Below the pieces are notes generated by a model. It searched no databases, was not told where the DNA came from, and worked only from the letters and a program-made list of their open reading frames with translations. From Eledone cirrhosa (lineage: Eukaryota), in the NCBI GenBank assembly GCA_964016885.1, contig OZ024760.1:33976001-34040000 (forward strand): a stretch of DNA of 64,000 nucleotides, read 5' to 3'. Made by a program: the position numbers and the translations under genes. Below are positions 42,732 to 55,721 of this stretch, piece by piece. Within the stretch, counting starts at the first letter, position 1. Each line of letters begins with the position of its first letter.

Positions 42732-42821
42732 GTAGGTCCCGGGTTGAGTCGGGGATAACCACAGTAAGTAAGGTACTCAATACATGGCAGAGTAAAATTT
42801 TTTTATTTTATAGAAGGAGCT

Positions 42822-42863
42822 TCTACAGGACTAGTACTGTTTCATTCAGACGAAATCTTCAGG
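42822..42863 (-). ncRNA. Truncated hammerhead motif (family also at 47811-47852)
   Basis: CTGAAGA-TTTC GTCT GAAT-GAAAC AGTACTA GTC; the 5' strand of stem I is lost at an inversion junction. Confidence 0.5.
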
Positions 42864-42904
42864 AAGATTTCATCTGAATGATATATATATATATACACAC
42901 ATAT

Positions 42905-43090
42905 GGTGGCTGCCAACTCGTTTTCGAGTACGGCCACTACTTTATATCCATGTAGCAGAACCCCTACCGATGCGCTGAACGAGTGTGACTTTTTAGTCCA
43001 GCCAGCGACTTGAAAACTCTGGTACAAACACTACACTTGTGACAATTATTGACACATAGTGCTGGGCCCATGGTTCCATGTGACGACAAG
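42905..43090 (-). mobile_element. 3' end of an RTE/BovB-type LINE (C-terminal C2H2 finger + short UTR)
   Basis: '[24 protein letters not shown]'; near-identical copy at 48971-49156; ends in an AT microsatellite. Confidence 0.65.
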
Positions 43091-43134
43091 TGCAGAGAGA
43101 TCTCCAGATATAAAGCAATGCATGTGCCGTGAAG

Positions 43135-43218
<84 letters not shown>

Positions 43219-43234
43219 CATACATATATATATA

Positions 43235-43810
43235 CTAGCAGAAGTACCCGGCGTTGCCCGGGTGTAAGTCGACCTTTGGTCTGTTAGAATGTGTGAAAGT
43301 TACTTCCCGCGCATCACAGGTTCAAAACTTCGAACTTCAATGGAAAAAAATAGGTTAGTAAACACAGGTGTGTAATTTATTAATTGTAGTTACACAGTGT
43401 ATCGTTGAAATTGTTCTCTGCACGACTGATGGAAGTCAAAATCGCTTGATATTGAATGTTCAGTTAATTTAAAGCAGGGTGAAAATGTCGATTACTTTCA
43501 GGTTTTTTTTTTTTTTACAATTTTTGCGCTCATATGTGCAGAAGAAGAATTAAAAGGGCCTTTATCTTAACCGCGGCATAATGGCGAGTCTTTTGTGACA
43601 GTTTTCAAGAATATAGGACGTTCCTGTAAAAAGTTTTCTCATGTGTAACTTTGCCTTGTTTTTTTGCGCAAAGTCGAGCCCCGCTTCAGTTTTATTGGTT
43701 TTTTACAATGCGTGATCTCTGAAGTAGATTTGAGTAGCTAAAAACCTGTCCCGGTAAATTTGCTATAGGTGAAAAAAAGTTGATCAAAATTGTATCTAGG
43801 GTTATTGCCC
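43235..43810 (-). mobile_element. Non-autonomous Helitron fragment
   Basis: Minus-strand 3' end 'acccgggcaacgccgggt-acttctg-CTAG-t' (GC hairpin followed by CTAG). Confidence 0.7.
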
Positions 43811-44257
43811 TTTGCCACAGCCTCAAGCCTCGTCTGACGGGATGTTGGTGATTCCTCCGTCAGCGCTTGTTGGCGACGAAGGCGAACATCAGCAAGCCTT
43901 GTCGTACGTGATGTTGGTGACTCAACCAGCCGGAAAAGACATCTATCAGCGAGTCGAGATTCGCGCTCAGCAGGTGTTTCCTAGAGAAAATTAATTAATT
44001 CTACTGGTTAGCTAAGCCAATGGCAGTGTCAATAGTAAATGAGAAAAGTCTAACATGAACAAAAGGGAATCAAGGTAAGACAATAAATTTAATATAACTA
44101 CGATTAGAATGTTGTAGCTGCTTAAAAGTGGTGACAGTTAAGATAAACGCAGTACTTGCTAACATTAAGGGAGAATATTACATAAAGGATTAATCAATTG
44201 TGAATGAACTCATACCTGAGAACGCCTAATTCGTTGTCTCAAAGCAATAGCTGTACC

Positions 44258-44471
44258 TTGTGTGAGGATGTTTATGAAAAGGCCCAACACTACACACAAC
44301 AGAAAATAATGAGAAACCTAAAATCCCTAACAACCCTTTACAAAGAAGGCCTTACAGACAAGGAATACAACTACATCACCAATTTCAAAAGCAGAACCAG
44401 CCTCTTCTACGGTATCCCCAAGACACACAAAAGCGAAGTAATAGGTAGGGCCTGCAAGCAGGCCACATATC
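44258..44471 (+). pseudogene. Penelope RT N-terminal fragment
   Basis: 'LTDKEYNYITNFKSRTSLFYGIPKTHKS' matches the PLE 'FY.lPKiHK' motif; same fragment inverted at ~46208-46421. Confidence 0.8.
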
Positions 44472-44799
44472 CGTGGACACAGGGAACTTATACAAAAATA
44501 ATTCAGTGGATGGAAAAAAGCGAGCGAGGACTAAATTCCAGGACATTGAAAAAATTACTGCCTACTTGTCCTGGAATTTAGTCCTCGCTCGCATTTTTCA
44601 ATCCACTTAATTATTTTTGTATAAGTTCCCTGTGTCCACGCATTGCCTGGGAACTTAGCTGAGAATAGACTTCCCTGATGACGAAAGGATTTCTCCGTGC
44701 GTTTCTTCGGAAACCATGTTTATTCCCTTTCAGAAACTAATTAGTTGGAGTGAAATTTTAGTAAGTAAGTTAATTTTTATAATTTTCTTATTTTACGCC

Positions 44800-44805
<6 letters not shown>
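44472..44805 (+). mobile_element. Foldback (44472-44640) plus degenerate hammerhead (~44663-44725)
   Basis: Inverted arms 'cgtggacacagggaactt...' / '...aagttccctgtgtccacg'; CTGATGA at 44675 and GAAACCATGTT at 44710, with a weak stem I. Confidence 0.5.
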
Positions 44806-44879
<74 letters not shown>

Positions 44880-44887
<8 letters not shown>

Positions 44888-45198
44888 GAGAATGTCTGTC
44901 TGTCTGTCTGTCAGATCACTAAAACTCGAGAACCACCCAACCGATTGTTTTCAAACTTTACACATGTAATACTTATGGTCCTGTAAGTGTTTTGAGAAAG
45001 GAATATTTCAAATTTTCAATGCTCTAGGGACCGCATTAGGCAATTTAGCGATCTCTCTATAATTGTTAGTCTTTCTTTTTAGATAGATACATAGATATAA
45101 CGTTGCACCCTTATAATATCTGTCTGTATGTCTGGCTGTCTGCATTACGACATTATGACGTCGCTATCTGTGTGTGTGTGTGTATATATGCATATATA

Positions 45199-45242
<44 letters not shown>

Positions 45243-45353
45243 TGTAACATTTTTCGAAATATTTACTTCTGCGTTCACAGATTGATTTTTTTGTTTCAGA
45301 AGATCACGTTAAGGGTGAAAGCAGCGATTCTTTGCATAAACTTTAATATGTTA

Positions 45354-45443
<90 letters not shown>

Positions 45444-45589
45444 TATATTCGTGTACAGATATTTTTGCATACACAATAACAAATTATAAACAAACATATT
45501 TATTACACGAGGCTCGATAAGGATAAATATATATCAAATATATAAGAACCCTAGAGAAAATCCCGAGTAACGCTGGGCCATTCTGCTAG
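44880..45589 (+). mobile_element. Non-autonomous Helitron
   Basis: 5' region with (GTCT)n and 3' 'cccgagtaacgctggg-ccattctg-CTAG-t'. Confidence 0.75.
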
Positions 45590-45677
45590 TATATATATAA
45601 AGTTGTATGCTTGCATGAAAAATGCGTCCGTAGGCGGTATGCCGGTTGAGCAGAATCGGAGATGAATTCATATACTA

Positions 45678-45771
45678 AGCATATCTGACGACCTTCCGAT
45701 TACAGAGTCAGGTTCGATCTATAATAGGTCTTGCTTCGAGCTGATCGATAGTGAAACATATGTAATATGTT
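45678..45771 (+). ncRNA. Type I hammerhead with extended stem II
   Basis: AGCATAT-CTGACGA-CCTTCCGAT...ATCGATAGT-GAA-ACATATGT-A-ATATGTT; 7-bp stem I, palindromic stem III, GUA site. Confidence 0.75.
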
Positions 45772-45805
45772 ATTAAATATGTCATGATGCAACAATGAAT
45801 CCTTG

Positions 45806-45850
<45 letters not shown>

Positions 45851-45853
<3 letters not shown>

Positions 45854-46105
45854 CGTTTCTGAATTTGTTTACCAAGATTCTTTATCTGAAAAGGTGTGTT
45901 GAAACCGATATTGTTATACTCTGGGAGGGTCACGTTGCCAATAAGAAACACACGCACCAGTTGCTTTCACTCCAATTTATTATAAATTAAATTTATAAAT
46001 TTCCGGTTGGTTGGTTGGTTCCACAACCGGACGGTTGTTCATATATTGTCAAAGTTCTTTCGTCACACATTCTGTGACCTCTTCAGTGACTGGGGATTCT
46101 TCTCT
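45851..46105 (-). mobile_element. pLTR of the 12-kb PLE family with hammerhead at 46048-46090
   Basis: GTCA-CTGAAGA-G-GTCACA GAATG TGTGAC-GAA-AGAACT-T-TGAC; tail homologous to 11840-12045. Confidence 0.85.
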
Positions 46106-46430
46106 AGACAATATATGAACAACCGTCCGGTTGTTCATATATTGTCCGCATATGCCACAGTTGGGTCTTCCGCATTTTGTTACTGTAGGGTTCATTGTGA
46201 GGGTTTGTTGGATATGTGGCTTGCTTGCAGGCCCTACCTATTACTTCACTTTTGTGTGTCTTGGGGATACCGTAGAAGAGGCTGGTTCTGCTTTTGAAAT
46301 TGGTGATGTAGTTGTATTCTTTGTCTGTAAGGCCTTCTTTGTAAAGGGTTGTTAGGGATTTTAGGTTTCTCATTATTTTCTGTTGTGTGTAGTGTTGGGC
46401 CTTTTCATAAACATCCTCACACAAGCCAAA

Positions 46431-46880
46431 ATCCAACAAACCCTCACAATGAACCCTACAGTAACAAAATGCAGAATGCCCAACTGTGGCATATGCATAA
46501 ATCTAATAGAAGGTTCAACATTCCATTTTAAACAAGGACAGCGTTTCACAGTTAAACACAAATTTACATGTGCATCTGAAAACCTAATCTATGTTTTAAC
46601 CTGCTCAGGTTGTCAAGAGCACTACATAGGATAGACAAGAAACAGCCTCCGTCAACGTATGACCGTCCATAAATCACAAATTAAAATACAGGAATACAGA
46701 AAGATTGCATTTAGTGAACATATCGCCAATTGTGCTCACAACCAACATCCAAACTTTAAAATTTTCCCCATTTACAAATTCATAGACAACGCTACTTTCA
46801 TCGAACGTACCAATAAGGAAAGATATTTCATTAACAAATTCCAACTTCTACTTAATGCTCTAAAAATCGGACCAATCTAA
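46431..46880 (+). pseudogene. Penelope-like Cys-rich linker + GIY-YIG domain with one in-frame stop
   Basis: 'KCRMPNCGIC...FTCASENLIYVLTCSGCQEHYIG*TRNSLRQRMTVHKSQI...SEHIANC'. Confidence 0.88.
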
Positions 46881-47269
46881 AACTGCAACAAACAATCAAA
46901 CATTTACAAGAGTTACCTCCCTCACACCCTACCTAATCCTTTTTCTTAAATAATTAAATATCATCCAGCAAGAATTGCTTCCCCTGCATATTAACTCTCT
47001 AAAAAGGGAAATCATATCAAACCTCAGTCCACCATTTGCCTCCATCATGGAATCATGGATCAACTAAGCACTCTTGCTATATTAACACATTTTGATCTGC
47101 TTAATTTCAAGAACTATGCCTGTAAATAACATTATTTTTCCTTCCACATTGACTTTTTATGCTCTACATTATGACCGTTTTTTCTTTTTTCTTTTTTTCT
47201 TTTTGTAAATAACATTATTCTTTCTGCACCTTCTCTTTAGCATGTGTGACACCACACTAATACATTTCA

Positions 47270-47311
47270 CTATCATTTGAAAATGCATAAAAATGCTGAA
47301 ACCGGTAATAG
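47270..47311 (+). ncRNA. Minimal hammerhead-like motif with U3:A8 core, downstream of the GIY-YIG fragment
   Basis: TTGAAAA-TGCAT AAAA ATGCT-GAA-ACCGGT-A-ATAG; stem I is weak (CTAT/ATAG with a bulge). Confidence 0.5.
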
Positions 47312-47501
47312 ACAATTATTAAATATATAAATAGATAAATAAATGGCATTGTTAAATAATAAATAAATCAACTAATACCTTAACACTTCACACAAAGTAA
47401 AACATTTCGTTTTATTCATTTTCTAACCCAGAAAAAAGAGAGAGAAATAAAAAAGGAAAGAAATATGTTTTTCTTCCTAATAATCGTCTCTTTCTCCCTG
47501 T

Positions 47502-47539
<38 letters not shown>

Positions 47540-47637
47540 AAATGGGGAGAAGAATACTGCAGGTTGCACATGGATAACATGTAATAAAATGAGTCCCTCA
47601 TCAGTGATTTGCCGACGATCATAGATATTTCATTGCA

Positions 47638-47678
<41 letters not shown>

Positions 47679-47708
47679 TAACTCGTGTGCTTCCTCTCCA
47701 CATTTTAT

Positions 47709-47807
<99 letters not shown>

Positions 47808-47878
47808 TTCTACAGGACTAGAACTGTTTCATTCTTTAGAAATCATCAGGAATCTGGGCATCAAAAAATAAATATGGT

Positions 47879-48115
47879 ATTTGGGACCTCAAAGGAACCT
47901 GCACCCCCTTCACGCTTAAATGGAAAATACTCCAGAAAGCGCGCTCTTACATCAGAGGACACAAGGGCTGCGACCTTTGTATCTCACAGAGCTATGAAAT
48001 TTTATTCGCCAAGGGCCCGCTACTGAACAAACTTTCTGAACACTGCCCGAACTGCATGCACAAGAACTTTGCAACTTTCAAATACCTTAAGCCAGTGTTA
48101 ATGCCCGATGGCTAA
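47879..48115 (+). pseudogene. C-terminus of a PLE endonuclease, C-x2-C...C-x-H type (not in ORF track)
   Basis: Manual translation IWDLKGTCTPFTLKWKILQKARSYIRGHKGCDLCISQSYEILFAKGPLLNKLSEHCPNCMHKNFATFKYLKPVLMPDG*; matches the 'W.IL..A..Y...C.LC..E...I...LLN...E...C.H' PLE motif. Confidence 0.8.
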
Positions 48116-48349
48116 AAACGACTTACCCTTTTCAGCCCCTCTACTTCCTTCCCACCCCACCCTACCCCTCCTCAACCTGAAATACGGCCACTATGGTTAT
48201 GTGAGTACCTCTTACCTATCTGCATTTTCTGCCTGTAGAGGTGTTTTTATGTGCCTGTGTATATGCGTATATTTATGAGTACTTATTTGTATATATATAT
48301 ATATGTGTATATGTGTGTATATGTATGTATATGTGTGTATATGTGTGTG

Positions 48350-48401
<52 letters not shown>

Positions 48402-48459
48402 TGCATATATATGTGCATATGTATGTATATATGTGTATATATATATATATATGTATATT

Positions 48460-48506
<47 letters not shown>

Positions 48507-48608
48507 GTATGTATGTGTATGTATATATAACAGATACCTCAGGCACTAATGGTGATTATCGCTAAATACTGATATTAGTTAGATTATCAATATTAGTATT
48601 ATTAGGCA

Positions 48609-48733
48609 CCCACTGAAGAATTATCAGAGCCCACTTGAATATATATCTGTTGATCGTATACAAGCTCCTACATAAATTGGTATAATTTCACCCAAATTGT
48701 AGGAATCTTAATGAAACGAGACGTCCGTCTGGG
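48609..48733 (+). ncRNA. Type I hammerhead with ~90-nt stem II insertion
   Basis: CCCA-CTGAAGA-ATT...(CCTACA/TGTAGG hairpin)...AAT-GAA-ACG AGACGTC CGT-C-TGGG. Confidence 0.7.
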
Positions 48734-48913
48734 AAGAGATATATTCGATATGTCTCATATGAAATAATACAGTCACTTTTCTACACAATACATTTAGTTA
48801 GCACCCCGAACGCTTAATTAGGAATATACTCACTTATTTCCTAATGTTTGTAGAGTGAGTTGGAATTTGGCCAGAGTATCGCTAAAAGCTTTCACCGATA
48901 ATGTATTTATTAT

Positions 48914-48970
<57 letters not shown>

Positions 48971-48971
<1 letters not shown>

Positions 48972-49156
48972 TTGTCGTCACATGGTACCATGGGCCCAGC
49001 ACTATGTGTCAATAATTGTCACAAGTGTAGTGTTTGTACCAGAGTTTTCAAGTCGCTGGCTGGACTAAAAAGTCACACTCGTTCAGCGCATCAGAAAGGG
49101 TTCTCCTACATGGATATAAAGTAGTGGCCGTACTCGAAAACGAGTTGGCAGCCACC
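48971..49156 (+). mobile_element. 3' end of RTE/BovB-type LINE (second copy)
   Basis: Same C2H2 finger and UTR as 42905-43090. Confidence 0.65.
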
Positions 49157-49165
49157 ATATGTGTG

Positions 49166-49202
<37 letters not shown>

Positions 49203-49323
49203 ACGTATGTGTATGTGTATATATACGTGTGTGTGTGTGTATGTGTATGTGTATATATATATGTATGTGTATGTGTGTATATGTATGTATTTATATGTGT
49301 GTGTGTGTATGTGTGTATGTGTG

Positions 49324-49466
<143 letters not shown>

Positions 49467-49498
49467 ACACGGGTGTGTATGATTGTGTATAGAAGATT

Positions 49499-49858
49499 AT
49501 ATTAATAAAAGGAATTCCAACGTTGTCTGATTTACTAGTTTTATTTACAATCCTTTAAAATTTATAATGGTATTATAATGAAATAGTATGGTAGAATATT
49601 AAATGTTAAGTGTTAATTTAACAAGTACTTTCATGCTTTCGCAATCTTCAGGTTCATAATGTGTGGTGAGAGTCAAGTTTGCAATGTTTGACTGTCACCA
49701 CACATTATGAACCTGAAGATTGCGAAAGCATGAATGTACTTGTTCAATTAACACTTAACATTTAATATTCTACCATACTATTTCATTCTAATACCATTAT
49801 AAATTTTAAAGGATTGTAAATAAAACGAGTAAATCAGACAAAGTTGGAATTCCTTTTA

Positions 49859-49864
<6 letters not shown>
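49499..49864. mobile_element. Head-to-head inverted mini-element with a hammerhead in each arm (49620-49654 minus; 49708-49746 plus)
   Basis: TGAAC-CTGAAGA-TTGC GAAA GCAT-GAA-(A/T)GTACT-T-GTTCA; arms ~170 bp with a ~27-bp spacer. Confidence 0.8.
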
Positions 49865-49903
<39 letters not shown>

Positions 49904-49966
49904 ATATATATGTATGTATGTGTATATGTATGTATGTATGTATGTATGTGTGTATGTCTGTGTACG

Positions 49967-49990
<24 letters not shown>

Positions 49991-49997
<7 letters not shown>

Positions 49998-50218
49998 ATA
50001 CTTTGGGAGGGTCATGTTGCCAATAAGAAACACACGCACCAGTTGCTTTCACTTCAATTTATTATAATAAATTTATAATAAATTTATTATAATAAATTGA
50101 AGTGAAAGCAACTGGTGCGTGTGTTTCTTATTGGCAACATGACCCTCCCAAAGTATAACAATATCGGTTTCAACACACGATTTCAGATAAAGAATCTTGC
50201 TAAACAAATTCAGAAACG

Positions 50219-50221
<3 letters not shown>
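49991..50221. mobile_element. Palindromic pair of PLE tails (12-kb family) between (TA)n tracts
   Basis: 49991-50070 is the reverse complement of 50085-50164; the right arm extends ~57 bp further. Confidence 0.85.
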
Positions 50222-50288
<67 letters not shown>

Positions 50289-50340
50289 ATATATGTGTGT
50301 ATATATATATGTGTGTATGTATGTATATTATGTATGTGTG

Positions 50341-50402
<62 letters not shown>

Positions 50403-50411
<9 letters not shown>

Positions 50412-52376
50412 GATCGAGTATCGAAAAATCGGCGCACGAGTTCACGATAAACAAAATTCGAAATGGGCGGCAGAGGGCTCAATAATTCAGATGAATCAGA
50501 GCTATAACTATCGTTAAAATACCGTCACATATAGAACAAGTCTACAATCAACCATACGATAAAAAATCGATAATAGAAGATTCGGGACAAACAGATAAAA
50601 AATATCAATAAAACAATACGTCAATAATTTAAATGAATGTAAAATCATACCCGGACCCACTAGACAGGTGTTAAATCTAGCTTCATGGGTTTCTGTAAAT
50701 CCTTAGACTGTACTCTATCAGCTCACATATAAATATAAAAGCCTACTAGAGTAAGCGGAACGGAGTTTACTTTCTCAACGAGCTTTTTTCCTGGCGGGAG
50801 AGGGGCTAACTACCAGTGAAAAACGCACATGGCATTAGACAAGGGAGATAACCTCTATATCCGCGAAAACAATTCGAGGGAATGTGGAAATACACATATC
50901 GAATAAGAGTGCTCAATAGACATGTTAAAATAAAACAAAAGCTATTCATCACTCAATAGAATCGACAAAAAATGAGCAATAAAATTAACTGGTGGATAGC
51001 TATGTCCAGAGCTAAATATATTAGAAAGATCGAGTATCGAAAAATCGGCGCACGAGTTCACGATAAACAAAATTCGAAATGAGCGGCAGAGGGCTCAATA
51101 ATTCAGATGAATCAGAGCTATAACTATCGTTAAAATACCGTCACATATAGAACAAGTCTACAATCAACCATACGATAAAAAATCGATAATAGAAGATTCG
51201 GGACAAACAGATAAAAAATATCAATAAAACAATACGTCAATAATTTAAATGAATGTAAAATCATACCCGGACCCACTAGACAGGTGTTAAATCTAGCTTC
51301 ATGGGTTTCTGTAAATCCTTAGACTGTACTCTATCAGCTCACATATAAATATAAAAGCCTACTAGAGTAAGCGGAACGGAGTTTACTTTCTCAACGAGCT
51401 TTTTTCCTGGCGGGAGAGGGGCTAACTACCAGTGAAAAACGCACATGGCATTAGACAAGGGAGATAACCTCTATATCCGCGAAAACAATTCGAGGGAATG
51501 TGGAAATACACATATCGAATAAGAGTGCTCAATAGACATGTTAAAATAAAACAAAAGCTATTCATCACTCAATAGAATCGACAAAAAATGAGCAATAAAA
51601 TTAACTGGTGGATAGCTATGTCCAGAGCTAAATATATTAGAAAGATCGAGTATCGAAAAATCGGCGCACGAGTTCACGATAAACAAAATTCGAAATGAGC
51701 GGCAGAGGGCTCAATAATTCAGATGAATCAGAGCTATAACTATCGTTAAAATACCGTCACATATAGAACAAGTCTACAATCAACCATACGATAAAAAATC
51801 GATAATAGAAGATTCGGGACAAACAGATAAAAAATATCAATAAAACAATACGTCAATAATTTAAATGAATGTAAAATCATACCCGGACTCACTAGACAGG
51901 TGTTAAATCTAGCTTCATGGGTTTCTGTAAATCCTTAGACTGTACTCTATCAGCTCACATATAAATATAAAAGCCTACTAGAGTAAGCGGAACGGAGTTT
52001 ACTTTCTCAACGAGCTTTTTTCCTGGCGGGAGAGGGGCTAACTACCAATGAAAAACGCACATGGCATTAGACAAGGGAGATAACCTCTATATCCGCGAAA
52101 AACAATTCGAGGGAATGTGGAAATACACATATCGAATAAGAGTGCTCAATAGACATGTTAAAATAAAACAAAAGCTATTCATCACTCAATAGAATCGACA
52201 AAAAATGAGCAATAAAATTAACTGGTGGATAGCTATGTCCAGAGCTAAATATATTAGAAAGATCGAGTATCGAAAAATCGGCGCACGAGTTCACGATAAA
52301 CAAAATTCGAAATGAGCGGCAGAGGGCTCAATAATTCAGATGAATCAGAGCTATAACTATCGTTAAAATACCGTCA
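50403..52376 (-). repeat. 616-bp tandem array (3.2 copies), non-coding, one large hammerhead per monomer
   Basis: 'tattagaaagatcgagtatcg' recurs at about 50403, 51019, 51635 and 52252; near-identical copies; (TA)n on both flanks. Confidence 0.95.
50649..50783 (-). ncRNA. Type I hammerhead with U3:A8 core (copies at 51265-51399 and 51881-52015)
   Basis: Minus strand GCTCG-TTGAGAA-A GTAAA C TCC..TACTCTA..TAGAGTA..GGA TTTAC A-GAA-ACCCA tgaag CTAGA..TCTAG TGGGT-C-CGGGT. Confidence 0.75.
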
Positions 52377-52432
52377 TATATATATATGTGTGTGTATAAA
52401 TATATATATGTATATATATATATATATATAGA

Positions 52433-52615
52433 GATTGGTCAATTTTGAACCAATCTAAAAAATATGCTAGAGGAACAAGAAAATGCACGCTCTGCATAAA
52501 TGAAACATTTTGGATATTGCAAAATCTCAAATCACCAAAGACCTGCCTGAACACAAAGACGGAAATTTTTACCAGTTGCCCACACATGAAATCACACCTG
52601 CTTTCCAGCTCATAA
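52433..52615 (+). pseudogene. C-terminus of a PLE endonuclease (not in ORF track), followed by a long 3' region to ~54070
   Basis: Manual translation DWSILNQSKKYARGTRKCTLCINETFWILQNLKSPKTCLNTKTEIFTSCPHMKSHLLSSS*. Confidence 0.8.
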
Positions 52616-53899
52616 ACTTAACACACTTTCAGACACTTATCCTCCATAAACTCTGATTATTCTTTTTAATTACCCTTTCTGACTTACTTTCATTCTTATC
52701 CTTGTCGATAATTTCATTTATTTTCACTTTTATTTATTTTTTATTTATTTTTTATTTATTTTTACTTCACCCCCCCCCCCCCTGTTATTCTCCGATCCAC
52801 TTCCTATTTTCTTATTTTTTACTTCCCCTTCTTTTACTTCCCTTTTTCCTCTACTAACTGATTATACTTGTCTTTTGTGTTTTTCAATCCAGATATATTT
52901 CTCATTTTTATTTTTATTTTATTTTTGCGCAGCCTATCTTACAATTTTATATTTGTATTTATTTATCCACATTTCAATATGGCTGAACACCTTAATGTGT
53001 GTATAATTTTTTTATATATGTACATGAGTGACTACGTATGTGCGCGCGCGTGCGTGTATGTATGTGTGTATATATATATATATATGTACGTGTATGTATG
53101 CGTGCGTGTACTTGTGTTTGTGTGTGTGCGTGTGTGTATATTATGCGTATGTGTAAGTGTCTTTATATCCGTGTTTTTGATATTTCGATTTTATATTTTT
53201 TTGTTTGTTTCTTGCTTTTTTCTTCTCCCCCCCCCCTTCCCTCTTCTGTTATTTACCCAGTTTCATACATGGGCATGCAAACAGGTTTATATGCGCTAGT
53301 ATAAGTATGTGTGTGTGTGTGTGTCTGTATGTACGTATCGAACGCATGGAAATGTAAGCGCGTGTGTGTATATAAGCATAATTATTTTTACATTTCTTTT
53401 ATGAGACACGCGTGTCTGTGTATGTATGTACCCCCGCTTTTTTTGTTTTCTTTAATTTTTCTTTCTATCTTGTCTTTCTAATTTATCGTTACTATATTTT
53501 TATAAATATATCGTAATAGATACTTTTCTTTTATTTATTATACTCTCTTCATCTCCTTACTTTCCGTATCTAAATGTACGAGTGTCCAGCCGTTTTTTAA
53601 GCGCGCGACTTTATTTTCTTATTTTTACGAAGTAACCATTTCCGTCTGCATAATACAGACATATAGATACATTTGCCCTAAACTTTTATTTTTATAATTA
53701 CGCACACTTTCTAACCATACATTTACACGTGCACATATACATATATGCACATCTATGAGCGTATATACATACACATACACACACCTAACTATTTTTCTTG
53801 ATAGATTTTTATATATTTCAATTTCTATTTCATTTATCTATATATTTTTTTGATTTTCTTGATGTGTTTTTCTAAGTATTTGCCCATGTTTTATATTGC

Positions 53900-53967
53900 C
53901 TCGTATGACGAACGAATGAAGTCGTTTATTTCGTATTCGCCTCATTCGGGAAACCTCTGGTAATGAG
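53900..53967 (+). ncRNA. Hammerhead with a C3-to-A core change (probably inactive)
   Basis: CTCGT-ATGACGA-A CGAATGA..TCATTCG G-GAA-ACC TCT GGT-A-ATGAG. Confidence 0.6.
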
Positions 53968-54071
53968 ATAATAATATTGTATTGATTTTATACATTAAAT
54001 TTTGCTCTGATACTGACATAGAGCACTCTTCATTTCTATGACCTTTTCTGTTTCTAACTGAAATTTCAATA

Positions 54072-54808
<737 letters not shown>

Positions 54809-54834
54809 TATATATATATATATATATATATATT

Positions 54835-54926
<92 letters not shown>

Positions 54927-55231
54927 GTTCAAGAGTAACCAATCTTAAAGAGAGAGATGGAGATAGGAGAGGAGATATGAGAGGAGAGATTGGTGAATTA
55001 GTTGGAAGCCAAAGCGTAAAGGCATGTGCTCAATGTGCAATATGCAGTAGAAAGCAGCTAGGTGGCAGTGTTCATGCAGAAGTTAGGTGCGCAGAGCTGG
55101 AAATATTCATTAGTTAAGCAAAACAAGACCACAAATTTCACAAGGAAGACATTTTTAAACGATTGTCAACATATTTTAGTTTGATGTAAGGAATGTAGAG
55201 AATAATAATAATAATAATAATATTAATAATA

Positions 55232-55721
55232 ATTGTTTCTACTTTAGGCACAAGGCCAGCAATTACCCAGTGCATTACTGGTACTTTATTTTATCGACCC
55301 CGTAAGGATGAAAGGCAAAGTCAACCTCGGCGGGATTTGAACTCGGCGGGATTTGAAAATAATATTAATAATAATAATGTCCGTTTACAATTGTTTCGCT
55401 ACTCCATATGATATTTCTGGATCAGATGACTATATATCATATTTGATCTGGTTCAGTTGAAAATAATTAACATATTTAAAAGACTTATCTTTTAAAAGGC
55501 TTATCGGAACTTCAAAGGAATATAAATTAAAATAATTGTTTCTACTTTAGGCACAAGGCCAGCAATAACCCAGTGCATTACTGGTACTTTATTTTATCGA
55601 CCCCGTAAGGATAAAAGGCAAAGTCAACCTCGGCGGGATTTGAACTCAGATCATAAAGGGACGTAACTATGCTGGAAAGCATGGCGTCCGACCCTCTACC
55701 GATACTGCCAATCCACCGCCT
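55232..55721 (-). mobile_element. Two tRNA-SINE copies (55232-55355 truncated; 55535-55721)
   Basis: Same family as 7435 and 9856. Confidence 0.88.

Noticed and set aside
47470-47610. CTGATGA-GGGA motif on the minus strand
   Set aside because: No correctly placed GAAA, stem III or stem I.
42964-49124. Host C2H2 zinc-finger gene
   Set aside because: A single finger in two dispersed copies ending in microsatellite tails fits an RTE LINE 3' end better.
50700-50725. Alternative HHR core CTGATAGA on the minus strand of the 616-bp unit
   Set aside because: It has an extra base and no matching stem I. The TTGAGAA core gives a complete fold, and this segment pairs within stem II.
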